DNA of 64,000 nucleotides from Escherichia phage vB_EcoM_G50. The position numbers and the translations under genes were made by a program. Within the stretch, counting starts at the first letter, position 1, and every line of letters starts with the position of its first letter. Below, piece by piece: positions 42,593 to 52,238 of the stretch. Below the pieces are notes generated by a model. That model had not been told where the DNA came from. It did no database searches and saw only the letters and a program-made list of their open reading frames with translations. Location: the sequence record NC_054917.1; one strand, given 5' to 3'.

Positions 42593-44856
42593 TACAATTT
42601 ACACGCTGCGCAATCATCGGCTTTTGGAGTTTCTATTTCATAATCATCAGTACCGGAACCATCACGAGTATTATGATAATAGAAGTTTTTAATGCCATAA
42701 TACCATCCGTATAGCATGTCATCAATCATTATTGACATTGGAACCTTTCCTTTTGGAAAAATCTGCGGGTCATAGTATGTATTCGCTGAAGCTGATTGAC
42801 ATACCCATTTCAGCATAATAGCTACCTGCGTAAGATAAGGTTTATTACCTTTCTTAGCTAATTTCCATGTATAATCATAGAGGTCTATGTTATGCTCAAT
42901 ATTGGGCACGACTTGATTAAAGGAGCCCTCTTTTGATTCTTTAACAGAGACTGGTCCACGTGGAGGCTCGATACCGTTTGTACTGTTAGAAACTTGGGAA
43001 GATGACTCACATGGCATAAGTGCTGATAATGTGCTATTACGGATGCCAAAGAGCTTAAGGTCTTCCCGCAGCGACGACCAGTCACAAACGTATTTTGGAG
43101 CTGCGATTTGGTCAATCTTTTTATTGTACCAGTCGATAGGTAATTCGCCTCGAGACCAACGAGTGTCTGAATAATATTCGCAAGGTCCTTTTTCTTTGGC
43201 GAGCTTAATGGATGCTTTAATGAGTCCATACTGTAATCTCTCAAATAGTTCATGTGTTAAATCGTTAGCATCTTCATAAGAAGCAAAGTTACTTGCCAGC
43301 CAAGCTGCATAGTTGGTAACACCTACACCGAGGTTACGACGCTTTTTAGCTTTTTCTGCTTCAGGAACTGGATATCCTTGATAATCCAAAAGATTATCAA
43401 GAGCACGAACTTGAACTTCTGCCAATTCATTAATTTTATCTTGGTCTTGCCAGTCAAAATTATCTAGTACGAATGCAGAGAGAGTACACAATCCAATTTC
43501 AGCATCAGGACTGTTCACATCATTTGTTGGAATAGCAATTTCACAGCACAAGTTACTCTGACGAATAGGTGCCTTTTCACGAATAAACGGAGTATAGTTA
43601 TTCGTATTATCAATGAACTGCACATAAATCCTTGCTGTTCCTGAACGTTCAGTCATGAGCAATTCAAATAGTTCACGAGCTTTAATACGCTTTTTGCGAA
43701 TATTAGGGTCTTTTTCTGCTGCTTCGTATAATTCACGGAAACGGTCTTGGTCTTTAAAATAAGAATAATAAAGCTCGCCACCCATTTCATGCGGGCTGAA
43801 CAAAGTAATGTAATCATTCTTTCCGAATCGTTCCATCATCAAATCATTCAGCTGAACACCATAATCCATATGACGAATGCGGTTTTCTTCTACGCCTTTG
43901 TTATTTTTCAAAACGAGAAGATTTTCAACTTCCAAATGCCAAATAGGATAATAAGCAGTAGCAGCGCCGCCACGAATTCCACCCTGTGAACATGATTTAA
44001 CAGCAGTCTGAAAATGTTTCCAAAAAGGAATAACACCGGTATGGCGTACTTCACCCATGCCAATCTTAGAACCTTCGGCACGAATCATACCAACGTTAAT
44101 ACCAATTCCAGCGCGTTTAGAGATATATTCAACAATTGAAGCAGAAGCCTTATTGATAGACTTCAGCGAATCACCTGCCTCAATAACAACACATGAACTA
44201 AACTGTCGAGTCGGAGTACGGCAACCAGCCATAATAGGAGTTGGCAATGAAATCTGTCGAGTAGATACTGCTTCATAAAAACGGATAACATGTTTTAGTC
44301 TATCAACAGGTTCATCTTGATGCAATGCCATTCCAATAGTCATAAATGCAAACTGTGGAGTTTCATAAATTTGACCAGTGGTTTTATCTTTAACTAGATA
44401 TTTTTCTTTTAATTGCATCGCCCCGGAATAAGTAAATTCCATATCCCGCTCATGCTTAATTTTTGATTCTAAAAATGTAATTTCTTCGGCAGAATATTTT
44501 GACAACAATTCAGGGTCGTATTTACCTTCATTTACACAGTAAGAAATATGATCAATAAATGAACGTGGTTCATACTGCCCATAAACATGCTTACGAAGAG
44601 CGAACATTAAACAGCGTGCAGCTACATATTGATAATCAGGCTCTTCAACTGAAATAGAATTCGCAGCAGCCTTAATGACAATGGTTTGAATGTCATCAGT
44701 TGTCATTCCATCACGGAGATATGATTTAATATTTTCATATAATTCATAAGGATCTACAGATGTTCCTTCAGCTGCCCAAGATAAAACTTTAATAATTTTT
44801 TGCGGGTCAAAGCTCTGAGAAACACCACTACTTTTGATAACATTAATTAATTGCAT
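42592..44856 (-). CDS. nrdA: Ribonucleotide reductase alpha subunit NrdA
   Basis: 754 aa, T4 length; class I RNR large subunit. Confidence 0.95.
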   Translation of the reverse strand: MQLINVIKSSGVSQSFDPQKIIKVLSWAAEGTSVDPYELYENIKSYLRDGMTTDDIQTIVIKAAANSISVEEPDYQYVAARCLMFALRKHVYGQYEPRSFIDHISYCVNEGKYDPELLSKYSAEEITFLESKIKHERDMEFTYSGAMQLKEKYLVKDKTTGQIYETPQFAFMTIGMALHQDEPVDRLKHVIRFYEAVSTRQISLPTPIMAGCRTPTRQFSSCVVIEAGDSLKSINKASASIVEYISKRAGIGINVGMIRAEGSKIGMGEVRHTGVIPFWKHFQTAVKSCSQGGIRGGAATAYYPIWHLEVENLLVLKNNKGVEENRIRHMDYGVQLNDLMMERFGKNDYITLFSPHEMGGELYYSYFKDQDRFRELYEAAEKDPNIRKKRIKARELFELLMTERSGTARIYVQFIDNTNNYTPFIREKAPIRQSNLCCEIAIPTNDVNSPDAEIGLCTLSAFVLDNFDWQDQDKINELAEVQVRALDNLLDYQGYPVPEAEKAKKRRNLGVGVTNYAAWLASNFASYEDANDLTHELFERLQYGLIKASIKLAKEKGPCEYYSDTRWSRGELPIDWYNKKIDQIAAPKYVCDWSSLREDLKLFGIRNSTLSALMPCESSSQVSNSTNGIEPPRGPVSVKESKEGSFNQVVPNIEHNIDLYDYTWKLAKKGNKPYLTQVAIMLKWVCQSASANTYYDPQIFPKGKVPMSIMIDDMLYGWYYGIKNFYYHNTRDGSGTDDYEIETPKADDCAACKL

Positions 44857-45173
44857 AAGTCCTCAACTTGAAAATCGTCTTTAAACAATCGGTTAACTAT
44901 ATGAGCTATTATATCACCATGACACGGCTTTGGTTTACATGTGCATCCTAGCCTCATTCCACGTAAAGGCTCTAAATGTGCTTTAGTTATTTCTCCGGAT
45001 TTAATTCGACGTATAAAATCTTTTTTGAATAATTCAATGGCAGCCTCCCGGCTGCCAGCATCTTTACCGACGTAATTTCCCCAAAATGTACCACGGTGAA
45101 TATTAACATCAAAGTCGGATTTATATTTATTCACTACCCGGCATAGACGGCCCGCGCGGTAATAGTTCGTCAT
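44847..45173 (-). CDS. Hypothetical Cys/His-containing protein (nrdA.1 position)
   Basis: 108-aa ORF; [11 protein letters not shown] motif. Confidence 0.6.
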   Translation of the reverse strand: MTNYYRAGRLCRVVNKYKSDFDVNIHRGTFWGNYVGKDAGSREAAIELFKKDFIRRIKSGEITKAHLEPLRGMRLGCTCKPKPCHGDIIAHIVNRLFKDDFQVEDLCN

Positions 45174-45402
45174 ATTGTTTTTCCGTTAAAACAGTAATAT
45201 CATAATAACAATCTGAAGAAGTTTTAACTGTAGAAATTTTATTGTCAAAATACTCACGAGTCATTTTATGAGTATAATATTTTTTGCCATAAATGATAAT
45301 AGGCTGTTCTGGCCCTGGAACTTCTAACTCGCTTGGATTAGGAAGTGTAAAAAGAACAACACCAGAAGTATCCTTAAATCGTAAAATCATATATCCTCTC
45401 AA
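45127..45402 (-). CDS. Hypothetical protein (nrdA.2 position)
   Basis: 91-aa ORF. Confidence 0.55.
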   Translation of the reverse strand: MRGYMILRFKDTSGVVLFTLPNPSELEVPGPEQPIIIYGKKYYTHKMTREYFDNKISTVKTSSDCYYDITVLTEKQYDELLPRGPSMPGSE

Positions 45403-45413
45403 TTAAATTAAAA

Positions 45414-46274
45414 TTACACCGCCATCTTTCCTTTCAAGACACCATGGGACTGATAATCTTTGAGAACGAAATCTCGTGCTGTCATATATTCAGTTAACCA
45501 ATACATTTGAGTTTCAGTATCGCATTGACTGAATCCATTAGGCCAATTAATACTAAGTTTGCATAGATCCATAGGAGTTCTATTTAATATCTCTTTGCAT
45601 TGCTCAATATGGTTAGAATAAATGTGTGTATTACCACCCGAGAATACCAAATCGCCCGGAACTAGTTCACACATATCAGCAACAATATGCAAAAGAGCAG
45701 CATAACTCGCGATGTTAAATGGAAGACCGAGGAAAACATCTACCGAACGTTGATACCATTGGAGGTCAAGGTATCCGTTACGCACATTAAACTGATAGAA
45801 CATATGACAAGGAGGTAATGCCATCTGCTTGAGTTCAGCTGGATTCCATGCCGACACAATTTGACGCCTATCGTTGGGAAATGTTTTAATACGATTAACA
45901 ACTTCTACAATTTGATCTACACCACCAAAATCACGCCACTGTTTTCCGTAAATTGGACCAAGTTCACCGCTATGATAACCTAAGTCTTTGGCCTGGTTTT
46001 CGTAGTTTTCATCCCAAATTGTTTTTCCTGCAATTAAAGATCCATGAGTACGTTGACGTAAATCATTTACGTTAGTACTTCCTGATAAGAACCACAATAA
46101 CTCAGAAATACATGCATTCCAGGCGAGCTTCTTAGTCGTTACTGCAGGAAAACCTTTAGTTAAATCCCAGCGTAATTTAGTACCGAACAAAGCAATTGTT
46201 CCTGTGCCTGTTCGGTCATCAGTTTCATAGCCATTTTCAAAAATGTCTTTAATTAAATCTTGGTATTGTTTCAT
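45414..46274 (-). CDS. td: Thymidylate synthase (uninterrupted, no intron)
   Basis: 286 aa continuous ORF; recognised T4 TS sequence; no intron unlike reference T4. Confidence 0.95.
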   Translation of the reverse strand: MKQYQDLIKDIFENGYETDDRTGTGTIALFGTKLRWDLTKGFPAVTTKKLAWNACISELLWFLSGSTNVNDLRQRTHGSLIAGKTIWDENYENQAKDLGYHSGELGPIYGKQWRDFGGVDQIVEVVNRIKTFPNDRRQIVSAWNPAELKQMALPPCHMFYQFNVRNGYLDLQWYQRSVDVFLGLPFNIASYAALLHIVADMCELVPGDLVFSGGNTHIYSNHIEQCKEILNRTPMDLCKLSINWPNGFSQCDTETQMYWLTEYMTARDFVLKDYQSHGVLKGKMAV

Positions 46275-46318
46275 TTAGTACCTTATATAAATTATAATAC
46301 ATTTTATGAAGCTAATAA

Positions 46319-46666
46319 TCAATACGGTTTAGCATCAAATTTTCTTTCAATTTCAGGCGTAAAATACAATTCTTTACCACGCTTGGAAAAGCGACCAATA
46401 ATATGATAATTATTCTCATCAAACGTGATATTGCCGATATCCATAGCTTTCAACCAAATATCGATATTTCTGTCAAGCTTTATATCAAAATTCCAATACG
46501 GAGAACTATTACCGAAAATACTACAAGCGGATTCAGTGAAACAACTGCTATAAATCTTGTCTTTAGGAACTACTAATTGATAGACGCCTTTAATAAACTG
46601 AGGACCCTGCCAATTTGGTTGTTTCGCGTCTTTTTCTAATAGAATAGGGTAATAATTAAAATTCAT
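46319..46666 (-). CDS. Hypothetical protein inserted between frd and td
   Basis: 115-aa ORF; no recognisable domain; not present at this junction in T4 as I recall it. Confidence 0.6.
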   Translation of the reverse strand: MNFNYYPILLEKDAKQPNWQGPQFIKGVYQLVVPKDKIYSSCFTESACSIFGNSSPYWNFDIKLDRNIDIWLKAMDIGNITFDENNYHIIGRFSKRGKELYFTPEIERKFDAKPY

Positions 46667-46685
46667 ATTTTCCGTCAGTGTTATT

Positions 46686-47512
<827 letters not shown>

Positions 47513-47520
47513 ATTATCTC

Positions 47521-47856
47521 CTAATATAAAGGATCGGGAACATATCCACTGGCTTTAATCATTTTGATTAACGTTAGCAGTCCTTTATTAACTGCTTGTG
47601 AGATTTCATTAAAAACTTCATCACTAAAAAGTTCTAGCACACCCTTCTGAACTTTTAATTTACAGCCAACAATTTCGTCATCGCCTATAGTAAATTCGTT
47701 TCCGCCAATTCCACCGAAAAACTTAATTACGCCAGTTAACTGTGTTCCACGAGAATATGGGTCGTGTGATAAAGTAATATGAGTCACCCCAGGTACAGTT
47801 TTAAATTGACAGCGGATGTTTACTTGAGCAATTCCAGTTACATGAATGTCAGACAT
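47521..47856 (-). CDS. Hypothetical protein (frd.2 position)
   Basis: 111-aa ORF. Confidence 0.55.
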   Translation of the reverse strand: MSDIHVTGIAQVNIRCQFKTVPGVTHITLSHDPYSRGTQLTGVIKFFGGIGGNEFTIGDDEIVGCKLKVQKGVLELFSDEVFNEISQAVNKGLLTLIKMIKASGYVPDPLY

Positions 47857-47866
47857 AATATTTTCC

Positions 47867-48109
47867 TCAAACAGACTTTTTCACAATTTTCCAATCAGCT
47901 TTAAACTGATCAACGTCAGAATGGTAAATCCAGAATCCTGCGCTTTCTCCATCCTCATAAAGAGGGCATCCATCGCATTCATCTTCCCATCCCATATCAC
48001 GCAAAAGACGTTCAGCTTTTTCAACAAGTTCAGAATCTTTACCGATGATATTAAAATACCATTTACCTCTAACTTCTGAATCTTTAATGCTCTGACGTTG
48101 TAATCTCAT
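47867..48109 (-). CDS. Hypothetical protein (frd.3 position)
   Basis: 80-aa ORF with early promoter-like sequence upstream. Confidence 0.55.
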   Translation of the reverse strand: MRLQRQSIKDSEVRGKWYFNIIGKDSELVEKAERLLRDMGWEDECDGCPLYEDGESAGFWIYHSDVDQFKADWKIVKKSV

Positions 48110-48132
48110 TTTATTCTCCTTAGTTGATAGGG

Positions 48133-48166
48133 TAATAGTATCACACTACTACCCTTCTGTAAACTA
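48133..48166 (-). promoter_or_regulatory. Early promoter-like sequence
   Basis: minus-strand GTTTACA, 17 nt, TGATACTAT. Confidence 0.45.
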
Positions 48167-48544
48167 CTTTTTGAAAGTTTTTCGCAAAAGTTCAATGATT
48201 TCGTCTACATTATTTTCGTCAACAATGCAGTGAATTTTTGTTACGCCAGAAACCTTGTCTTTGACTTCATCTTCTTCAGAAGTCGGTTCTTTATACTCAC
48301 GAAAACAATGAAATTCATCTTCGCAAATTTCTAAAAGTCTATCTTTGAGGTAAAAATGCTTTCCATTAGCACATTCAATATGTTTTACCGCTTTAAATCC
48401 ATTAGTAAAGAAAACTTCTTTAACTTCAAACCACCCGCCATTTTCTCGAATAATTTTAACTATTGACGCGTTGGATCGTGGGCTATAATTAATAAATGTA
48501 TCAATAAGTCTTGGAACAAGTTCATACTTTTTGCCAATATACAT
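48164..48544 (-). CDS. Hypothetical protein downstream of gene 32
   Basis: 126-aa ORF. Confidence 0.5.
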   Translation of the reverse strand: MYIGKKYELVPRLIDTFINYSPRSNASIVKIIRENGGWFEVKEVFFTNGFKAVKHIECANGKHFYLKDRLLEICEDEFHCFREYKEPTSEEDEVKDKVSGVTKIHCIVDENNVDEIIELLRKTFKK

Positions 48545-48588
48545 TACGTTTTCCTCATTTTAACGGGGCTGTAATAGCCCCTTGATAA

Positions 48589-48840
48589 TTATTGTTCAAT
48601 CAGTCCCATGTAAAATTCTGCATCTTCAGAATCCATGCCGTCACAATACTCATTAGCCATAAAGCGGGTGAGGTCTTCAAGAGGACCTTCAATGACAATA
48701 GAAAAATTGCAATAATTGGGATCATCGTGAATACTTGTGATACTAAGTTCAGGATAACGATTACGAATAATTTCTTCAATATATTCAAAATCAACGATGT
48801 CAATATCAACTTTAGCCATATTATTTTCCTCTTTAATCAT
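48589..48840 (-). CDS. Hypothetical acidic protein downstream of gene 32
   Basis: 83-aa ORF. Confidence 0.5.
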   Translation of the reverse strand: MIKEENNMAKVDIDIVDFEYIEEIIRNRYPELSITSIHDDPNYCNFSIVIEGPLEDLTRFMANEYCDGMDSEDAEFYMGLIEQ

Positions 48841-48923
48841 CAGCAGTATTGCCGATAGTTGTATAGTACCATAGTCCTTGATGTATGTAAACTGTTTTGT
48901 GAAAAAATTTTTGAAATAAAAAA

Positions 48924-48942
48924 GGGGACCTCTAGGGTCCCC
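48924..48942 (-). terminator. Terminator after gene 32
   Basis: GGGGACC-loop-GGTCCCC followed on minus strand by six-plus U. Confidence 0.6.
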
Positions 48943-48964
48943 AATTAATTAGTAATATAATCTA

Positions 48965-49873
48965 TTAAAGGTCATTCAAAAGGTCATCCAGGTCCGTGTC
49001 ATCAGCACTAGATGAACTGCCAGAGCTTGAGCTCATAAAATCGTCTTCAGTTTTTGTATTGAAGTCATCAACATTGAATGCATCCAAATCATCAGCAACT
49101 TTATCAGCTTTCTTAGCGGCAGTCGCTGCGGCACCACCCATAGCAGCAGTTCCCATAACTTGACTAAACTTAGTGCTCAGTTCTTCAAACGATTTGAATT
49201 TATCTTTAGAAGTCATTTCAGAAAGGTCAACCATTTGTTCGAACAGTTCTTTCTGGAAAGATTCATCATCAATGTTTGGAATCGCAGATTGATTCAGGAA
49301 TTTAGATTCGTCGTAGTTACTAAAACCAGAAACTTGTTTAACTTTCAGTACAAAGTTAGCACCTTCCCACGGACAAGTTACATCAACCGGAGTTTCACCC
49401 ATTTCAACATCAACTGCAATCATTGCATTGATTTTATCCCAGATTTTCTTACCGAAACGGTATTTAAATACTTTACCTTCATTTTCTGGAGCAGCTGGGT
49501 CTTTTACTACAAGAATGTTAGCCCAGTAAGAAGTTTTACGTTTAACAAGACCGTACTCTTTATTGTCAGTGTTATACAAATCATTTTTACTGATGTACTG
49601 GCATACTGGACAAGAATCGTAATCACCGTGGGTAGATGAACAGTTTTCAATATACCATTTACCATTTTTCTTGAAACCGTGATTTACAAGAATTGCGAAT
49701 GGTGCTTGTTCATCATTTTTAGACGGAAGAAAACGAATTACTGCTTGACCGTTACCCGCATTGTCGAGTTTCAGTTTCCACTCGCCTTTATCTTCAGAAG
49801 AAAAACCACCTTTATTTCCAGCCAGTTTAGCCATTTGTGCAGCGAGTTCAGCAGTAGATTTACGTTTAAACAT
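48965..49873 (-). CDS. 32: Single-stranded DNA-binding protein gp32
   Basis: 302-aa ORF; recognised T4 gp32 incl. zinc site and acidic C-terminus; autoregulatory leader upstream. Confidence 0.95.
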   Translation of the reverse strand: MFKRKSTAELAAQMAKLAGNKGGFSSEDKGEWKLKLDNAGNGQAVIRFLPSKNDEQAPFAILVNHGFKKNGKWYIENCSSTHGDYDSCPVCQYISKNDLYNTDNKEYGLVKRKTSYWANILVVKDPAAPENEGKVFKYRFGKKIWDKINAMIAVDVEMGETPVDVTCPWEGANFVLKVKQVSGFSNYDESKFLNQSAIPNIDDESFQKELFEQMVDLSEMTSKDKFKSFEELSTKFSQVMGTAAMGGAAATAAKKADKVADDLDAFNVDDFNTKTEDDFMSSSSGSSSSADDTDLDDLLNDL

Positions 49874-49905
49874 TTTTATTTCCTTTTTAATTTAATTAAC
49901 AGTTG

Positions 49906-49940
49906 GTGCTATGACGATGTATGACCTCATAGCTGGTCAG
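49906..49940 (-). promoter_or_regulatory. Gene 32 mRNA leader pseudoknot (translational autoregulation site)
   Basis: minus-strand RNA UGACC/GGUCA and GCUAUGA/UCAUAGC interleaved stems (H-type pseudoknot) followed by A/U-rich unstructured leader. Confidence 0.6.
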
Positions 49941-49945
49941 TGAGC

Positions 49946-49975
49946 TAATTATAATCTATTTATAATAAGCAATTA
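49946..49975 (-). promoter_or_regulatory. Gene 32 middle (MotA box) plus late promoter
   Basis: minus-strand ATTGCTTA box, 12-nt spacer, TATAAT; overlapping TATAAATA. Confidence 0.5.
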
Positions 49976-50626
49976 ATACTTGCAAGATTTCACAGTTTCA
50001 ATGAAAACACTTTTGGCTTTCTGTGAATCAATATTTAAAATTTTTCTATAAGCTTTTAACTTTATAGAATAATTATTCCAGACTAAATTATCAGTCTGTT
50101 CATCGTGTTTATCGATTATATTTAAAAACGAATCAAGCAAGATAAACGTCTCAAACGAAATTATATTCGATTGAAGTAGTTTAAAAATATAACTTGATTG
50201 AACTTTTGGATTATATTCAAAGATTTCTTTAAAAGCAGAAACTTCAACTTTTTTACTAAAATAGTAAATATTGCGAATATCTTCTTCAAACTTAAATTTA
50301 ATTTGCTTTAAGCGTCCGATATATTCACGATAAAACACAAGTGCATCAGCGTCAGAGATGTCACCAATCCAAGCATCCTGGTTAGCAACAAGATTGCTTA
50401 TAAAGATTAAAGCAAGTTCCTTTAATTTATATTTTTCTGATAACTTCTGGAAAAAATACTTATCCCTTCGCTTTTGATAAGCGGCATCAGACACCCGCAT
50501 GCACCAATTATACTTAATTACATCATACTTTCCATTCATATGTTGTTTTATCATTAAGTATAATTTATAAACTGATTTACCATCAATATATCTTTCACCA
50601 CCAGCAGGCATGCGGAGTTTAATCAT
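49973..50626 (-). CDS. 59: Helicase loader gp59
   Basis: 217 aa, T4 length. Confidence 0.92.
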   Translation of the reverse strand: MIKLRMPAGGERYIDGKSVYKLYLMIKQHMNGKYDVIKYNWCMRVSDAAYQKRRDKYFFQKLSEKYKLKELALIFISNLVANQDAWIGDISDADALVFYREYIGRLKQIKFKFEEDIRNIYYFSKKVEVSAFKEIFEYNPKVQSSYIFKLLQSNIISFETFILLDSFLNIIDKHDEQTDNLVWNNYSIKLKAYRKILNIDSQKAKSVFIETVKSCKY

Positions 50627-50961
50627 AATAGAAAATCTAATGTATTAGTTTTTTCACAACGAACAACAGAAGGACGTAAAAGATTTTCGTCAATAGCTTC
50701 TGACTGAATTTTTTCAATTATACCCGAAGGAATAAATTTAGCAAATTGAGTTTCAGGAATAGAATTTTCTTCCAAGAATGCTGTTGTAGCTTCAAGATAA
50801 CTCATTCCAAACTCTTCTACCATTTTTTCAATAATAAATCCATTTTCTTGACGATCAAGAAGCTTTGCTATTTCATCCTTTTCTTTCTTAATTGAAAGTT
50901 CTTTTTCTGAAAGACCGGTCTCATCGACCGGACGAATATCATTTAGAGAAAACTGTGTCAT
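50623..50961 (-). CDS. 33: Late transcription co-activator gp33
   Basis: 112 aa from ATG 50961 (MTQFSLNDIRP...). Confidence 0.88.
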   Translation of the reverse strand: MTQFSLNDIRPVDETGLSEKELSIKKEKDEIAKLLDRQENGFIIEKMVEEFGMSYLEATTAFLEENSIPETQFAKFIPSGIIEKIQSEAIDENLLRPSVVRCEKTNTLDFLL

Positions 50962-51208
50962 AAAGTTCAACTACCTCTTCGGTTTCAGCTTCAAACACAT
51001 CACGGTTATCTTTATGATACAAAGCTAATAGACGATTAAACATCTTACCATCAACGCCAAGTTCATCTTTAGCACGAATTCGAATATCTTTAATCAATTC
51101 ATTATAACCAGAAATTTTCAGTTTATGGTCAGATGCTTCTTTGATAAATTTGGCCAAGTCTTCGCCATGGATAGCTTCATCAAATTCAACCATTTCTTTT
51201 TTAGCCAT
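50939..51208 (-). CDS. dsbA: Double-stranded DNA-binding protein DsbA
   Basis: 89 aa, T4 length and position. Confidence 0.82.
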   Translation of the reverse strand: MAKKEMVEFDEAIHGEDLAKFIKEASDHKLKISGYNELIKDIRIRAKDELGVDGKMFNRLLALYHKDNRDVFEAETEEVVELYDTVFSK

Positions 51209-51216
51209 TATTCACC

Positions 51217-52134
51217 TCAAAATTCATTAATGCTATTAGTTAATTTAGAAAGACCCGCTTTTACAAAATATGAATAAATTTTGCCACGCGGTGGTAATTT
51301 ATATGAATTATAGTAATTCACAATGTTTGAAGCAATATTATCAGGAATATAATCAAAATCAATTAAAACTAAATTTTCTTTATAACGATTATATTCAGAT
51401 TCGGTAAGAAGCACCTTAGCTTGCTCACGGTCATTAGCAATAGCTTCAACAATAGAGGTTTTCATTGAAGGAGTTCGTTCACCTTCAACTCTTGTAAACC
51501 AAAAGTCAGATCGTACTTTAACTGAAGCAACGTTATCCTTTTTGTCGCCTTTAAGGATTTTAGTCATACAGTCAATTTCAGCAGAACCGCTTTTAATTTT
51601 AACCCATTTCTTGTGCATCGGTGACCATTGCTTAACATTTGGGTATTTGTGAAGTTGAGTAAAGTCACCATCCGATGAAATGATTAAAATCTTATGTCCT
51701 TCTAAAGAGAACTTTTTAACAAGAACAGCAATATGGTCATCTGCTTCATACTTATCAATATCCATAACAATGTATGGCATATAAGCTTTCAATTCATCTA
51801 TAACTTTATGACTGGATTCAAAATAACCTTCCCAATCCCAAGTAGATTCTTCTCGTGCTTTTCCACGGTTTTTCTTATAATAATAAGCAAAATCACGACG
51901 CCAGTATCCAGATTTCGCGTTATCGATACACAGTACAATTTTAGTGTATCCAAGAGTTTTTGCTTTTTTGACATTAAACTTAATTGAGTTCAATATCAAA
52001 TGACGAACCATTGATAAATTAATTTTTTCTTTATCTGGGAAGTTTACCAGAGCAGTTGAAAGCGCAATTTGACTAAAGTCAATTAAGCAGATTCCTTCTT
52101 TGTAATCTTCATCCAGCATCATTTCTAAATCCAT
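51217..52134 (-). CDS. rnh: RNase H (5'-3' exonuclease, FEN family)
   Basis: 305 aa from ATG 52134 (MDLEMMLDEDYKEG...). Confidence 0.93.
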   Translation of the reverse strand: MDLEMMLDEDYKEGICLIDFSQIALSTALVNFPDKEKINLSMVRHLILNSIKFNVKKAKTLGYTKIVLCIDNAKSGYWRRDFAYYYKKNRGKAREESTWDWEGYFESSHKVIDELKAYMPYIVMDIDKYEADDHIAVLVKKFSLEGHKILIISSDGDFTQLHKYPNVKQWSPMHKKWVKIKSGSAEIDCMTKILKGDKKDNVASVKVRSDFWFTRVEGERTPSMKTSIVEAIANDREQAKVLLTESEYNRYKENLVLIDFDYIPDNIASNIVNYYNSYKLPPRGKIYSYFVKAGLSKLTNSINEF

Positions 52135-52161
52135 ATGAACCTCGTTCAATTAGTGAGATTT

Positions 52162-52195
52162 CTATTATATACCATCCGAATCTTAAAGTAAACAA
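52162..52195 (-). promoter_or_regulatory. Early promoter-like sequence upstream of rnh
   Basis: minus-strand GTTTAC, 18 nt, TATAAT. Confidence 0.35.
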
Positions 52196-52196
52196 G

Positions 52197-52204
52197 TATA
52201 AATA
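52197..52204 (+). promoter_or_regulatory. Late promoter motif TATAAATA (gene 34)
   Basis: exact motif 35 bp upstream of ATG. Confidence 0.55.
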
Positions 52205-52238
52205 CTTATTATTGAAAACACAATAGGAGCCCGGGAGA

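Noticed and set aside
45414-46274. Possible group I intron in td (and in nrdB 40683-41861)
   Set aside because: Both genes are single uninterrupted ORFs of the full expected protein length, so there is no room for the T4-type introns.
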